Origin: Naegleria gruberi
Lineage: Eukaryota
DNA length: 64,000 bases
Assembly: GCA_000004985.1 (NCBI GenBank)
Contig: GG738861.1
Direction: 5' to 3' (one strand)
Of this stretch, positions 12,124 to 23,894 are shown in pieces. A program made the position numbers and the translations under genes. The notes under the pieces were generated by a model. The model ran no database searches. It was not told the DNA's origin and saw only the letters and a list, made by a program, of their open reading frames with translations. How positions within the stretch are numbered: the stretch's first letter is position 1; every line of letters starts with the position of its first letter.

Positions 12124-14260
12124 ATGAAGAACAACATGACGATGAAAACAACATCTTCCCAGCAGCTTTCAAAAAATCAAAACTTTCTCCAACAGAGTAA
12201 TCCGCTATTTTTAAAAAAGATAGAATATTTAAAAATGCCCTCTTGTACAGCAGGCAACAACAGCTTGAGCTGCAACAGTAGTACAACAACAACCACGAAC
12301 GAAGCCTCACCTCGACAACACAATGTGATACCTTCAGCAAACTATAATAGTAGTAGGTCCAAGTTGACTATTGTTTCCTCTCTCACACAACAATTAACTC
12401 TTCCATTGAATGGTATTATTGGAAATATTTCGAATAATGGGCATAATGAACACGATGGAGTGAATAAGGAACATTCTCAAACAAAAACAACAACTACAAC
12501 AGTGAACAATACTTCTAATAATAATAATAATAATAATCAACATTCAATTGTTGATGATCATCAACAAAATAATCAACCACAACAACCGAAGGAACATCAA
12601 AATAGAGATTTTACAAAATTAGGACTAAGAATATCAATGGACAAAGTTAATGGATGTGATAATGCTGCCGATGATGAGGTTGCCAATGTAAATAGTTTTA
12701 AACAAAGCCATGTAATTCCGATTGGACAATCGGATAATGATTCGAAATTTTTTGGATCACCATCACAATCACTCTTTGTCTACTCTGATTCTACTGTTTG
12801 TGAGTCGTACAGTAAGAGATTATTGAGTATTAAATCACCTAGATATGGATCGGATTTTAAAATTACAGAGGAGGGAATCAAAATCAAGGGAATGAGTGTA
12901 TTGGAGTATAGAAAGTTTTGCCAACCAGAATCAGTTTCAGTTCCAGTTGGCGATAATAATGTTGTTTCCTCATCGACTACGGTAGCAACATCTCCTTCCG
13001 TTAATTTTCCTCTCAATTTCAATGTATATAGTGTTGATGAGTTTCACAACTTTCCAATGAAAGGTAAGTGTTAAAAGTAGTACCAAATATATTGAAAATT
13101 ACAAATATGGATAGAGCTTGGAAATGGTTCATTTGGAAGTGTATATAGAGTAGCAATTGCTAATCCAAAAACCAATGAAAAACTCTTTTTTGCAGAGAAG
13201 CGAGTAACAGACACCTCGCAAAAACAATTGGATTTAATATTTAAGGAGGTGAAGACTATTTTCGAGTGTGATTCACCTTACCTTGTTAAGTTACACGAAT
13301 GTTTCTACAAGGAATGTACATATTATAGTAAGTTGAAGTTAATTATTTGAATTTGTTACCAATTATTAAAAAAGTGTAAGTATTTAAAGTTCTAATCTCA
13401 AATATAATATATAATAGGATTATGGATTTCATGTCACTAGGATCCCTCCACAAAATGTATACAAATTACAAGAAATATCTAGCTCAAGTAGAAAAGAAGA
13501 ACTACTCAATGCCAGAGCCTGTAATTAGTGTTATTATCAGTAAGACATTGAAAGGTTTGATTTATTTGCATGTTAAAAAACATATCATTCACAGAGATTT
13601 GGTAAGCTTCAATTTTCTTTAACATGTTTACATTTAAAATAATTAAGAAACCAGCAAATATATTAATTGATGACAAGGGATATGTCAAAATTTCAGATTT
13701 TGGACTTGTTGGAATTAAAGAAGGAAGTGAATATTCTAAAAAGTCCCACGACACAGCTCTTACTATATGGGATACATTTACAGGATCTGTTACTTATATG
13801 AGTCCAGAAAGATTGAATAATGAATGTATGTATAATGTTTCATTTACTAATTTTTAATATTATATAGCTTACAGTTATAACAGTGACATTTGGTCAATTG
13901 GTATTATTACAGTGGAACTTTTCCTTGGACAGTAAGTTTTTCAAATGAATTTATTCCAACCACTTTTCTAGTCATCCACTTTCGAATGAGAACTTTTTCA
14001 GTTTGGGATCCATGACAAGGGAGGAAATTCATGATCAATGCATTAAAAAAATTAGGGATGCTGGTGCTAGCGAAGATTTGTGCTCCTTCATTGATACATG
14101 CTTATTGAAATATAAGGATTTAGGTGAGAGACCTGATATTAATGGTATCATTCTTAAACATCCCTTCATTAAGAATCATGAACAGTTCCAATTTAGAAAT
14201 TGGATAAAGAATGAATACATTTCCAAGTTGTACCAAAAATCTTCCCAAAATAAGAATTAA
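12124..14260 (+). CDS. Dual-specificity MAP kinase kinase (MEK/STE7 family) with ~310-aa low-complexity N-terminal extension; ~6 exons (12124-13063, ~13115-13327, ~13418-13608, ~13640-13828, ~13868-13930, ~13995-14260)
   Basis: Kinase subdomains across exons: ELGNGSFGSVYRV (G-loop), AEKRV (VAIK-like), HIIHRDL / KPANILID, ISDFG, activation segment SKKSHDTALTIWDTFTGSVTYMSPERL (MAP2K-type S/T-xxx-S/T and GTxxYMSPER), DIWSIG; introns begin GTAAGT. Confidence 0.75.
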
Positions 14261-14680
14261 ACACTGTTTAATAAAGTTATGCAATGAGTTGGGAGCAGTT
14301 TGTCCAACACACATGTAATGGTAATCATTGTTTTGGTCAATGACAATTCTGTTATTACACAAGGTTTTTAATGGTTACCATTCTAATAATATGAGTGAAA
14401 TTGCCAAGTTTATTCTTACACAATATTTTCAATACCAACCCTTTCATTTTCTAATTCTTCCTTTAGTTGACTATTAATCTCCAAAGCTCTCTTGTAAGCG
14501 ATTTGAATTTCATTCAGAATTTGTTTTTTTTCTCTTTGTTAATAATGCTGCTCTTGTCTCTACTGTTTTCTCTAAAACATTATCTGATGCTTCTATCACT
14601 AAACCAAGATCTTCGCTTTAATATCAATCAACTCGAGGTTGGCAATGCTAGTTTCCCTTTCCCTCCTCACGACAGGAAGG

Positions 14681-15570
14681 TTAAGACAAACAATAGCACT
14701 TAACATGTTTTTTAGTGGTGAAACCTTCTAATGCTCTTGGAACCCAAGCATCGATTGGAGATGAAACTCTTTTATTGAGCCAGAGTTTATCACCTTTGAA
14801 AGATTTTTGCATTAGGTTAAAATAACAAATGCAGTGGGGAGAATTGACGTTTTCATTGGGAGCAGAAACTCCCAGCGTTAAATATCTACTATTCGAATCT
14901 TGGAGTTGTTCAATTCTTGAAAGAAGAAGCTGAGCAAGTAATTGGATCTTTTCTTGATTACTTGAGAGAATTAGCAAGCAAAAAGCACCAAGAGGAATGT
15001 TGACAGCCATTTTCTTATTACCTTCATCCTTTAGAATGGCATTTCCACTTGCAAACTGATTATCCTACATATTCGAGAGAGAAACGCACACTCTTCATAC
15101 GATCCAACATGCCAATGAAATGCACTTCCCTTAATATGTCCATAGAAAGTTGACCTTTCATTAGCCAATGAAAATTCATGTAATAGCACGACAAGTTGAG
15201 TGAGATGTTGGAATGAGAATTTAGATGTGTCGAATTGAGAATAGATACTTCTTTCAAATTCTGATCTTGGATCTAACGTGCTTCTTCGTCTTAATCTTCC
15301 AACTTTGGAAATTCTTGGAATTGATTTGGAGAAATATTTGAATAATTCGAAATGATAACAGAAAAGTTGGCCCGAATGTTGGATAAAACTATCCTTGCAA
15401 ATGAATAAATCACTTTCCCATTTGAAAAAATCAGAAAGGAATAGTCCATTAAACATTCCCTTCCAGATACAATCATTTTCAAGAATGAAAGATTGGAAGA
15501 CTTGGATACTAGTTGAGTAATAAATCTGGAGGAGGAATGAAGGAGAGAATAATGCAAATTTCCTGATCAC
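14681..15570 (-). CDS. Hypothetical conserved-looking protein, at least 2 exons (15031-15570 and 14681-15010)
   Basis: Two adjacent minus-strand ORFs (179 and 109 aa) separated by ~20 nt with GT/AG-compatible junction; no domain recognised by eye. Confidence 0.3.
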
Positions 15571-15744
15571 ACAATTTTGAGAGATTCATTTCGAATAGTT
15601 TTTTTCAAAACATAACTTAAAGTTCAACAATGTATGTAATATATTAATTTTCATCAAACTTGAACACTGAACACTAGCTATTCCAATATTAATGAAAATC
15701 AACTGTTAATCCAAATTCAAAGTAACCCAAACAAATTTTCATGT

Positions 15745-15756
15745 TTCCCGCCAAAT
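15745..15756 (+). promoter_or_regulatory. E2F-like site TTTCCCGCCAAA ~65 bp upstream of MUS81 ATG
   Basis: GC-rich dodecamer embedded in very AT-rich promoter; matches E2F/DP consensus TTTSSCGCSAAA; related GGCGCC motifs recur in other promoters of this window. Confidence 0.3.
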
Positions 15757-15817
15757 ACAATCTATCCAAATTTAAAAACACTTCCAGTAAAAATTAGAAG
15801 TGTAACAAGAAAAAAAA

Positions 15818-18742
15818 ATGCCCAACAATAACCAGGCATCATCTTCATCACAACAGACGATTCCAATCGGAAGAACACTCAATCCGGAGATGATTGCTTG
15901 TCTGGAGGAGGAACTACAAAGATGCTCCAAAAACACAAGGAATAATGGTGCCAAGCATTATGTTTTGGGGTTACGGAAGGCAATATCTTCCTTGGAAAAG
16001 TATCCAAAGAAATTGTATAATGGAAATGAAGCTAAAACTCTGAAGGGAATTGGAGATAAGATGGCCTATAGAATTGATAAATATTTGAAGGATAATAATA
16101 TTGATTTGGGGACTCCACCTCCGAATGCTGGAAATAATAGTAATCATAATAATAATAATGGAGGTGAAACAGATGGACAATCTGTGTCACAAGATGAATC
16201 GAATAATGATCAAACAGCAAAGAAGAGGAAAAGAACAAATAGAAAATACATTCCGAAATTTAAAACTGCTGCCTGGGCGATTATGATATCACTGTACAGA
16301 CATATTAAGAGTAGTGAAAAGGATTATGCTACAAAAACACAATTGATTGCTCTATGTGAAACACTGACTGATGTACCTATGGAACAATCAACCAATGCAT
16401 CTAAATATACTGGCTGGAGCTCAATGAAAACTCTAATGGAAAAAGAATTGATAACCTCAGAGAAGAAGGGAAGATCGAATGGTTTCATGCTCACTCCTAG
16501 AGGTAGAAAACTGGCAAGAAAACTTCACACAGCTGAGAAGGAAGTATCTGAACTTGAGTTTGAATGGGAAGAATCAGAGGAGGAAATGTCATCTGAAGAG
16601 GAACCAGAAGAACCAAAAGAAAAACCAAAAAAGAAAAAGAAACAACCAGTTAGCTCAGCAGAATCAGAGTCTCTTTCAAACTTTGAAGCAAGTCAATCCA
16701 GCCAACAATCAGACAGTGAAATAATTAGTCGTAGTTATGATTCCGATCCAGAGCTATGTGAAGATATATTCACTCAACTTGGATTTTCACAAAGAAAAAA
16801 CAATCCACCATCAATAACCAATGAACTCTCTCAATCATCACAAACAAGCTATAGTGAGCTTAGTGATGACGATGATGATATTCTACTCCACGAGAAAGAC
16901 GCCTCCCCAAAGCCCTCCATATCATCCAATACTTCATCTCAGAATCCTGTATATATGATCCTTTCAGATGATGAAGATGAGGATGTTGCATTTGATTATA
17001 GTAAGCTTCCTCTCAAATTCAGCTATATGGACAAACTAGATAAACCGGTCAATCGAATAGAGGATGCCAAGTTTCATTTCAGTACTTCAGCTGGTGAAAT
17101 AAGAATCAAGGTTCTACTCAAAAGTCCTTTGAAAAATGAAGAGACCCTTGCTGATCTATTTGATGAAATAATCGAAAAGAAGCGTGTAAATAATGAACTA
17201 ACAGTCACTGGCTTCATAAAGGAGTCGAGATGTGTACCTTATGCGAGCAATTTAGCTAAAAATCTGATTATTGATCCAGCTATTTTCAAATTCTATTCAA
17301 CAAATGAGATTGAGAACACTAGCAACAAGAAGAAATCATCAAAGGATAATATCAGTAGTGCTACCATATTTAATACAGATTTACAGACATGTAATCCTAT
17401 TGAGCGCGCACCATCCAGAGCCATCCAGCCATCCAAGCCAACCGTTGTACCTCTCGATATTGAACTAAGTGATGACGAAGATGTAACACTTGAGAAACCA
17501 GTCACTCAGAAAAAAACAAAGAAAAAGAAACACCTAGCCGAATCTTCAGAACCCTCTTCCTCCCAACAACAAACACAATATCGACCAGCAATTCCTGTGC
17601 CTAGACCAAGAGAAATGATGAGATCTATAGATTTTTCAATGCCACCACCATCCTTTGTTCCAGCCAGAAGTCTTGTTACTAACAACCAAATTAGCTCGTC
17701 CTCTACCTCCACAGCAAGTACATCAAGTAGTTCTCAATCCATACCGAATAGCACCCAAATTACCACCTCTAACCACATACCAACGAATCCAGTAATTCTC
17801 CAATCCAATAGACAACCCAAGACAATTGTAAACCTAAAGAGCTTTTTAGAAAATCCAGAACCTAATCCCTCCTTCGCCTTTTCAGCTGCTGACAGCAATA
17901 CTACCTCCACAAAATCAAATGATTTACCAAAAGTACCTTACAAGATTCACCTTATTATAGATCAAAGAGAGAGAACAGGACATAATGATAGAAAATCATT
18001 CTGTGACACACTTAAAAAACGAGGTGTAGATGCACTGATTTCACAACTTGGAATGGGAGATGTTATTTGGACACTCACAACTGAAGAGAGATCATATGTG
18101 TTGAATTATGTTTTGGAGAGAAAGGATATTAATGATCTAGCTGGAAGTATTAAGGATGGAAGATATAAGGAACAAAAATTCAGAATGAACAATTCTAATT
18201 GTTCCAATATTTTTTATTTGATTGAAAGAGGTTTCAAACACCAAGATCAACTCTCTCAGTCTTCACTTGAAACCTCCATTAGAAAGATTTTAACAGATGG
18301 CATTTGTGTAAAACATACTGCATCATTGGAAGCATCCATTAATTTTCTTGTCATCATGAACTCTCTCATTATAGAATTAGTTGAAAGAGATGGCCTTACA
18401 CCACACCAACTACTCATTCCACACGAAATTACTGGCGAAATGTACAATCCCTCACTCGAACAGTACAATGTTCTTTTCAAAAAGAATAATGACATTTCCA
18501 AGAATGAATTATTTGGCAGACAGCTCACTACCATCCAAGGTGTATCCTCTCAAATAGCAGAATCAATCATTAAGAAACATCCAACACCAACCTCCCTGTG
18601 TCAAGTCTTTCTGGACTCATCAACACCTCATGACCTGGCTCTGAAAAACTTTGCCATCGAATCATCAGTTGAAGGTGTTTGCACTCGTAAAATTGGAGCG
18701 AAACTCTCCCAGAAAATTTATCAATACTTTTTCCAAGATTAA
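15818..18742 (+). CDS. MUS81: Crossover junction endonuclease MUS81 (ERCC4/XPF-family nuclease) with long disordered S/E-rich middle region
   Basis: N-terminal helix-hairpin-helix/winged-helix blocks (LNPEMIACLEE...EKYPKKLYNGNEAKTLKGIGDKMAYRID); C-terminal ERCC4 domain with MUS81 signature ERKDINDLAGSIKDGRYKEQKFRM, IDQRER, GDVIWTL. Confidence 0.8.
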   Translation: MPNNNQASSSSQQTIPIGRTLNPEMIACLEEELQRCSKNTRNNGAKHYVLGLRKAISSLEKYPKKLYNGNEAKTLKGIGDKMAYRIDKYLKDNNIDLGTPPPNAGNNSNHNNNNGGETDGQSVSQDESNNDQTAKKRKRTNRKYIPKFKTAAWAIMISLYRHIKSSEKDYATKTQLIALCETLTDVPMEQSTNASKYTGWSSMKTLMEKELITSEKKGRSNGFMLTPRGRKLARKLHTAEKEVSELEFEWEESEEEMSSEEEPEEPKEKPKKKKKQPVSSAESESLSNFEASQSSQQSDSEIISRSYDSDPELCEDIFTQLGFSQRKNNPPSITNELSQSSQTSYSELSDDDDDILLHEKDASPKPSISSNTSSQNPVYMILSDDEDEDVAFDYSKLPLKFSYMDKLDKPVNRIEDAKFHFSTSAGEIRIKVLLKSPLKNEETLADLFDEIIEKKRVNNELTVTGFIKESRCVPYASNLAKNLIIDPAIFKFYSTNEIENTSNKKKSSKDNISSATIFNTDLQTCNPIERAPSRAIQPSKPTVVPLDIELSDDEDVTLEKPVTQKKTKKKKHLAESSEPSSSQQQTQYRPAIPVPRPREMMRSIDFSMPPPSFVPARSLVTNNQISSSSTSTASTSSSSQSIPNSTQITTSNHIPTNPVILQSNRQPKTIVNLKSFLENPEPNPSFAFSAADSNTTSTKSNDLPKVPYKIHLIIDQRERTGHNDRKSFCDTLKKRGVDALISQLGMGDVIWTLTTEERSYVLNYVLERKDINDLAGSIKDGRYKEQKFRMNNSNCSNIFYLIERGFKHQDQLSQSSLETSIRKILTDGICVKHTASLEASINFLVIMNSLIIELVERDGLTPHQLLIPHEITGEMYNPSLEQYNVLFKKNNDISKNELFGRQLTTIQGVSSQIAESIIKKHPTPTSLCQVFLDSSTPHDLALKNFAIESSVEGVCTRKIGAKLSQKIYQYFFQD

Positions 18743-18899
18743 ACAGTATTCAAATTATTCAGATTCCATATTATTCCAACCCAGTCATTCTCTCCATCAT
18801 GGTGAATTTTTAAATTTATTATCATCATAGCATCGGAAGAAAATTATTGCAATGTGATTCATCAATTTGTTTGATTTTTAAAAATTGAAGTAGAAAAAA

Positions 18900-20714
18900 A
18901 TGACCCAAACATCATCAACACCATCCAAACTCAAGAACTTGTTGAAGAAGGTGAAAGCAAAGGCTGAAGAAGAACCTTCAACAACAACAACTTCTGAAGA
19001 AGCCACCAAGAATGTAGTAGTTGAAGAAACCAAGAATATTGAAGAAAATGAATCATCCCGAGAAGAACCAACAACAACAACTACTAACGAATCAAAATCA
19101 AGTGATAATAATGATTACTATAAGAGCTATGGATATACTATTGAAGATACAGCAGTTTCATCAAAAACATCAACCACTTCATCTTTTTTAACCAATGTAC
19201 ACATTAACAAACTTGCTTTATGCGAACCACTCACAAAAGCATTGTCAAATGAAGATTCTGGACTTTCCTTTGAATATATGACACCTATCCAAGCTCGTTC
19301 TATTCCAATTGCTTTGGCAGGTAAGGATTTACTTGCTCAAGCTAAAACTGGTAGTGGTAAAACATTGGCATTCCTTTTGCCATGTTTAGAGTTATTATAC
19401 AGAGCTGAATTTAAACCTAGAAATGGTACAGGAGTTATTATTTTGAGTCCAACTAGAGAATTGGCTATTCAAACCTATGCTGTTTGTAAATCATTAATGA
19501 CATTTATGAAACAAACTCATTGTTTGTTGATTGGTGGTCAATCTAAACATCAAGAAGGAGAAAAACTTGTTAAGGGTTGTAATATTGTCATTGCCACTCC
19601 AGGTAGATTGTTGGATCACTTACTTCACACAAAAGGATTTGTTTATTCTAATTTGATTTCACTTGTTTTGGATGAAGCTGATAGAATGTTGGATGATGGT
19701 TTTGAGGAAGAATTGAAAGCTATTGTTAAATTATTACCAACTAAAGGAAGACAAACTCTCTTATTCAGTGCCACTCAAACAACAAAGGTCGCTGATATTG
19801 CCAGAGTTAGTATTAAAAGAGATCCAGTTTTTGTTGGAATTGAAGATTTGAATAAGATTACCAAGACTGAAGAAACTGAAGAATATTCAACTGCTACAAA
19901 TTTGGAACAAGGATATGTTGTTGTTCCAGCAAGTGAAAAATTTGTTCTCCTCTATTCATTCCTTAAAAAGACAATGGCAACAACTCCTGGAAAGAAGGGA
20001 AAGAAGATTATCGTCTTTTTCAGTAGTTGTGCTGCTGTTAAATATTATTCAGAATTATTGAACTATATTAACGTTTCAGTGACACCTCTCCATGGTAAAA
20101 TGAAGCAAAATAAGAGAACACAAGCATTTATGAACTTTTGTGGTGCTGAAAGTGGTGTGTTACTTTCCACTGATGTTGCTGCTAGAGGTTTGGATATTCC
20201 AAAGGTTGACTGGATTGTTCAATATGATCCACCAGAAGCTCCAAAAGAATATATTCACCGTGTTGGTCGTACTGCTCGTGCTGGAAATGTTGGACGTGCT
20301 TTGCTCTTCCTCCTTCCATCTGAAACAGGATTTTTGAAATATTTGAGTGAATCAAACATTCCATTGAATGAATTGGATTTCCCTCGAACAAAGATGTCAA
20401 ATATTCAAGATCAACTCGAAAAGATTATTTCTTCCAATTACTATTTATTCAAGAATGCTGAAGAAGCATTCAAAGGTTTTATCAAATCGTATGCTTCACA
20501 TCCATTGAAGGATATTTTCTCATTCCAATTATTAGATGTTGCTGGTATTACCAAATCATTTGGTCTCAAGAATACTCCATATGTGGATTTGAAGAGTTTA
20601 GAAGTTGGTGCTTCAAGTGCCATTGAAAAGAAGAGAAAGAGCGACAATAAGTGGATTAAGAGTGGTGTTTCTCAAAAGAAGAAGGAAGATAAAAAGAAGA
20701 GAAAGACTGAATAA
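18900..20714 (+). CDS. HAS1: ATP-dependent DEAD-box RNA helicase DDX18/Has1 (ribosome biogenesis)
   Basis: Q motif FEYMTPIQ, motif I AKTGSGKTLAFLLP, Ia PTRELA, FKPRNGTGVIILSPTRELAIQTY, ATPGRLLDHL, DEAD (VLDEADRML), SAT (LFSATQT), HRVGRTARAG; N-terminal K/E-rich and C-terminal K-rich tails. Confidence 0.9.
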   Translation: MTQTSSTPSKLKNLLKKVKAKAEEEPSTTTTSEEATKNVVVEETKNIEENESSREEPTTTTTNESKSSDNNDYYKSYGYTIEDTAVSSKTSTTSSFLTNVHINKLALCEPLTKALSNEDSGLSFEYMTPIQARSIPIALAGKDLLAQAKTGSGKTLAFLLPCLELLYRAEFKPRNGTGVIILSPTRELAIQTYAVCKSLMTFMKQTHCLLIGGQSKHQEGEKLVKGCNIVIATPGRLLDHLLHTKGFVYSNLISLVLDEADRMLDDGFEEELKAIVKLLPTKGRQTLLFSATQTTKVADIARVSIKRDPVFVGIEDLNKITKTEETEEYSTATNLEQGYVVVPASEKFVLLYSFLKKTMATTPGKKGKKIIVFFSSCAAVKYYSELLNYINVSVTPLHGKMKQNKRTQAFMNFCGAESGVLLSTDVAARGLDIPKVDWIVQYDPPEAPKEYIHRVGRTARAGNVGRALLFLLPSETGFLKYLSESNIPLNELDFPRTKMSNIQDQLEKIISSNYYLFKNAEEAFKGFIKSYASHPLKDIFSFQLLDVAGITKSFGLKNTPYVDLKSLEVGASSAIEKKRKSDNKWIKSGVSQKKKEDKKKRKTE

Positions 20715-20876
20715 ATCTTATATAAGATTCTTTCAAGATGAATTTTGATCTTTTTGTAATTTTTCACACCTGACTTTAAAAACATGTGATGACATAAATA
20801 GTGATCCAATACTTTCTTGATTAAATAACAACAAATATTAATATTCAAACAATAATGAAATAAATTAACAATCTAT

Positions 20877-21656
20877 TTAAAATCTCTTCTTATTTTCCGA
20901 CCATTCCACACTCAACAACAAGTGGTTCAAACTGAATCTTTCGAATTTTTCGATAGCTTCTTCAGCTTCTTCGACTGTGCTATATGTGATGAGAGCAAAA
21001 CCTCTATTTCTTCCTCTGTCTCCAGGAACGAAAACTTTGATAATTCTACCAACTTGACCGAACAAGAGTCTCAAATCTTGTTCTGTTGCCTTTACATCAA
21101 GATTACTAACCTTGATTGTTGTATTGACTTCACTATCGGTACGACCACCTCCGAATCCTCCTGTTGTTCTATTCTTCATACTTGGTGGAACGTAGGCATT
21201 AGAGCTTGGAGCCTTAAGTTTGTTTTCATCTTCTTCGGTATTTTCTGGTGTAGTTTCTTGTTCAGTTGCTTCTGTAGCTTCTTTGGCCAATTGCATTTGA
21301 ATTCTGTTGAGTAAGACTTCTTGTTCATCCATTGCTGTTTGTGTGGTTGTTGTAGACTTCTTATTATTTGTATATTCAAAGTGAATTGGTTCTCCTACTG
21401 ATGTAACATCAGGTAAAAGTCCAGCTTGTCCAGCTTGTCCAAACTTCTTCCATTTACGACGTTCTTCAACAATTGGAATATTCTTCTTTTGTACTTTAAC
21501 AGTTTTAACTTTCTTTGTGATTCTAACTTTCTTTCCGTCTTTTATCTTTTCTTCAACAATTGTTTTTATTCCATTTTCTTCGCTGACTTGAACAATGGTG
21601 CCGTCTTGTTCTTCTTGTTGGTCGGCCCAGGATTTGTTTGATGATGTTGCGAGCAT
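20877..21656 (-). CDS. EIF3G: Translation initiation factor eIF3 subunit g (C-terminal RRM)
   Basis: VRITKKVKTVKVQKKNIPIVEERRKWKKFG block, SNAYVPPSMKNR, RRM TTIKVSNLDVKATEQDLRLLFGQVGRIIKVFVPGDRGRNRGFALITYSTVEEAEEAI...LLLSVEWS. Confidence 0.75.
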   Translation of the reverse strand: MLATSSNKSWADQQEEQDGTIVQVSEENGIKTIVEEKIKDGKKVRITKKVKTVKVQKKNIPIVEERRKWKKFGQAGQAGLLPDVTSVGEPIHFEYTNNKKSTTTTQTAMDEQEVLLNRIQMQLAKEATEATEQETTPENTEEDENKLKAPSSNAYVPPSMKNRTTGGFGGGRTDSEVNTTIKVSNLDVKATEQDLRLLFGQVGRIIKVFVPGDRGRNRGFALITYSTVEEAEEAIEKFERFSLNHLLLSVEWSENKKRF

Positions 21657-21907
21657 ATTTTTTAAAGATTCAAAAATAAAATATTTTTATTTAAATTTAT
21701 CTTTTTTCAAACAACTCAATGATGGAATTGATATCAAGCCATTATTATTATTAATAATAAGAATACAAAATCACTCAAGATTGAATTTTTTAATATTCCA
21801 TCCAGATCGAAATAAACTATTTGATCATCGTCCGATTACTTGAATTTCATCAATTTTTAATAATAAAAAAAATTTCAAAGCCTAATTTCTTCAAAAGCTT
21901 CAAATAA

Positions 21908-23866
21908 TTGATAGAAGAGAGAATGTTTTCTAGTTTCGGAAATTCAGGGGAAGGTATTTCATTTGATGATTTCTTTGGATTTTCAGAGGATACATCATCA
22001 ACAGCAGCAACATCATCTACTCTGAATGTTGTTGTTCAGCAACAATCTGTCGCAGCTTCAATTGTTAATACGAATGAGAAGAAACAAGCTCAACCTTTGT
22101 TGCCTAAAAACAAGACACTTACTCATCAGCAACAACAGCAGCCATCTGTTGCTACTATGCCAAAGAAACCAGCAAAGGAAGTCATCGGTAGCAGTGAGGA
22201 AGAATCATCTTCCGATGATGATGAGGAAATGAAGGATAAGGTACAGCCTGGTGATGATTCCGATGAAGATGAAGAAATGAAAGAGAAGGAATATTCTTCT
22301 TCCTCCTCGAGTAGTGAGAGTAGCCAAGATGAGATTGAGGATATATCAATTCGGAAATCAACAAATATTGGAAAGCAAATTGTAAATGGTAATAAGGAGA
22401 ATCATAAACAATCAGTGAATACTGTGAAAAAAGCTCCTCCAAAGCAATCTAATATTCAACACATTTTGAATAAGGTGCCATCATCATCTAGTTCAGTACC
22501 GCAAATTGGAACGAAAAAGAAATTGTCACCACTCAAAGAAAAGAGAAATATCAAGGAAAAGACCGATAATTCAAAAAGAAAATTTATTCAAACCAAACTG
22601 GATAAGAGCATGTTTGAAAGGAGAGTTGAGCAGACACCTATGGATTCATCACTCTTTTGCATGTGCTGCAATACATTTGTTGCCTTAACAGGTGCATCAT
22701 CTCAAAACTCAGCAAAAAGAGTAAAGAAAGGTTCTTCTAAATATGAAGAATGGGATAAACATATAGAAAGTGAGGACCACTTGTTGAGGAAGGAGAGGCT
22801 GCAAAGACTCAATGTACTTTGCTTTATGAATAGCCCAACAAATAAGAGGTTTCATCATTTTGTAAATTCATTCTGTCTAATGTTTTTCCACCGAATTGAA
22901 ACACTAGCTATTGAATTTGCAAAAAAGAATAGAAAGAGAAAGTTTGAAATTTATGAGGAACATGAGGATTATATTCTGTTGGACTATGTCATTAATTTTA
23001 TTTATGCTCGAGTTGCAAATTTGCAATACGCAACCGATTTTGAAAAGATTTTGAAACAATTCTTAAATAATATGAGACAAGGCTCATTAAAGATTGCCAC
23101 CACAATTTGGGAACAATATAAGGAATTTTATTCCAAGATGAATGATGATGAGTTTGGTTATTTGCTCTCTGATATTGTACATCGAGCTTGGGATTGCATG
23201 AGACATTTGGCTTACTTTGGGAAAATTCAGGATCCAACTCAATTATTCATTGACGAGCCATTGGAATTCAAAGATTTTAAGAGTGAGAAAAAAGAATCAA
23301 GAGATGAAAGTGATTCTAGCTCCGATGATGAAGACTATGAAGAGCCAGAATATGACGAAGATGAGGAAGAGGAGGAGGACATTTTCAATGGTCAGCATCC
23401 TTACTTTGAAATGTTTATGAAAATGTACATTCAACACTTCTTATTTTTAAAGCCAATTGAGAAAATAATAAGTGAAGCTCTCGAACAATACAAATCCATT
23501 CTAGAAAAGGAGACCTTTTTCAATGAGTGGGAAGAAGAAATAGTGAAGAGAAAGAAGCTATTAATTTCACAGCAACAGATGTCAAGTAATGGCGGTAGTG
23601 CTGTAGATGATGAATCAAGTGATGAGAGTCCAACAATACCTCCACCAAAACCACAAGCTCCAAAGCAAAAATCAATTGAAGATTTGCTGTTTGGTTCAGC
23701 AGCCAACAATACCTTTGAGAGCTTCTTTTCTGTTAATACTACACCTCAAAAGGTAACAACTACAATCCAAACTCAAAGTAAGAAGAAGGCAGGAATATCA
23801 ACGCACGAGAATGAAACAATGGAAGAGGATGAAATGTGGAATTTACTAAGAAGAGATAATATTTGA
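21908..23866 (+). CDS. Hypothetical acidic/Ser-rich nuclear-type protein
   Basis: 652-aa ORF, long D/E/S tracts and K-rich stretches; conserved-looking central region (CMCCNTF...HIESEDH possible C2H2/matrin-like finger); no confident domain call. Confidence 0.35.
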   Translation: MIEERMFSSFGNSGEGISFDDFFGFSEDTSSTAATSSTLNVVVQQQSVAASIVNTNEKKQAQPLLPKNKTLTHQQQQQPSVATMPKKPAKEVIGSSEEESSSDDDEEMKDKVQPGDDSDEDEEMKEKEYSSSSSSSESSQDEIEDISIRKSTNIGKQIVNGNKENHKQSVNTVKKAPPKQSNIQHILNKVPSSSSSVPQIGTKKKLSPLKEKRNIKEKTDNSKRKFIQTKLDKSMFERRVEQTPMDSSLFCMCCNTFVALTGASSQNSAKRVKKGSSKYEEWDKHIESEDHLLRKERLQRLNVLCFMNSPTNKRFHHFVNSFCLMFFHRIETLAIEFAKKNRKRKFEIYEEHEDYILLDYVINFIYARVANLQYATDFEKILKQFLNNMRQGSLKIATTIWEQYKEFYSKMNDDEFGYLLSDIVHRAWDCMRHLAYFGKIQDPTQLFIDEPLEFKDFKSEKKESRDESDSSSDDEDYEEPEYDEDEEEEEDIFNGQHPYFEMFMKMYIQHFLFLKPIEKIISEALEQYKSILEKETFFNEWEEEIVKRKKLLISQQQMSSNGGSAVDDESSDESPTIPPPKPQAPKQKSIEDLLFGSAANNTFESFFSVNTTPQKVTTTIQTQSKKKAGISTHENETMEEDEMWNLLRRDNI

Positions 23867-23894
23867 ATATTTTCCAATAATTTTATTGAACTTG

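Noticed and set aside
20922-21641. Plus-strand ORFs 20922-21314 and 21426-21641
   Set aside because: Antisense to eIF3g. They are F/S/C-rich low-complexity translations with no independent support.
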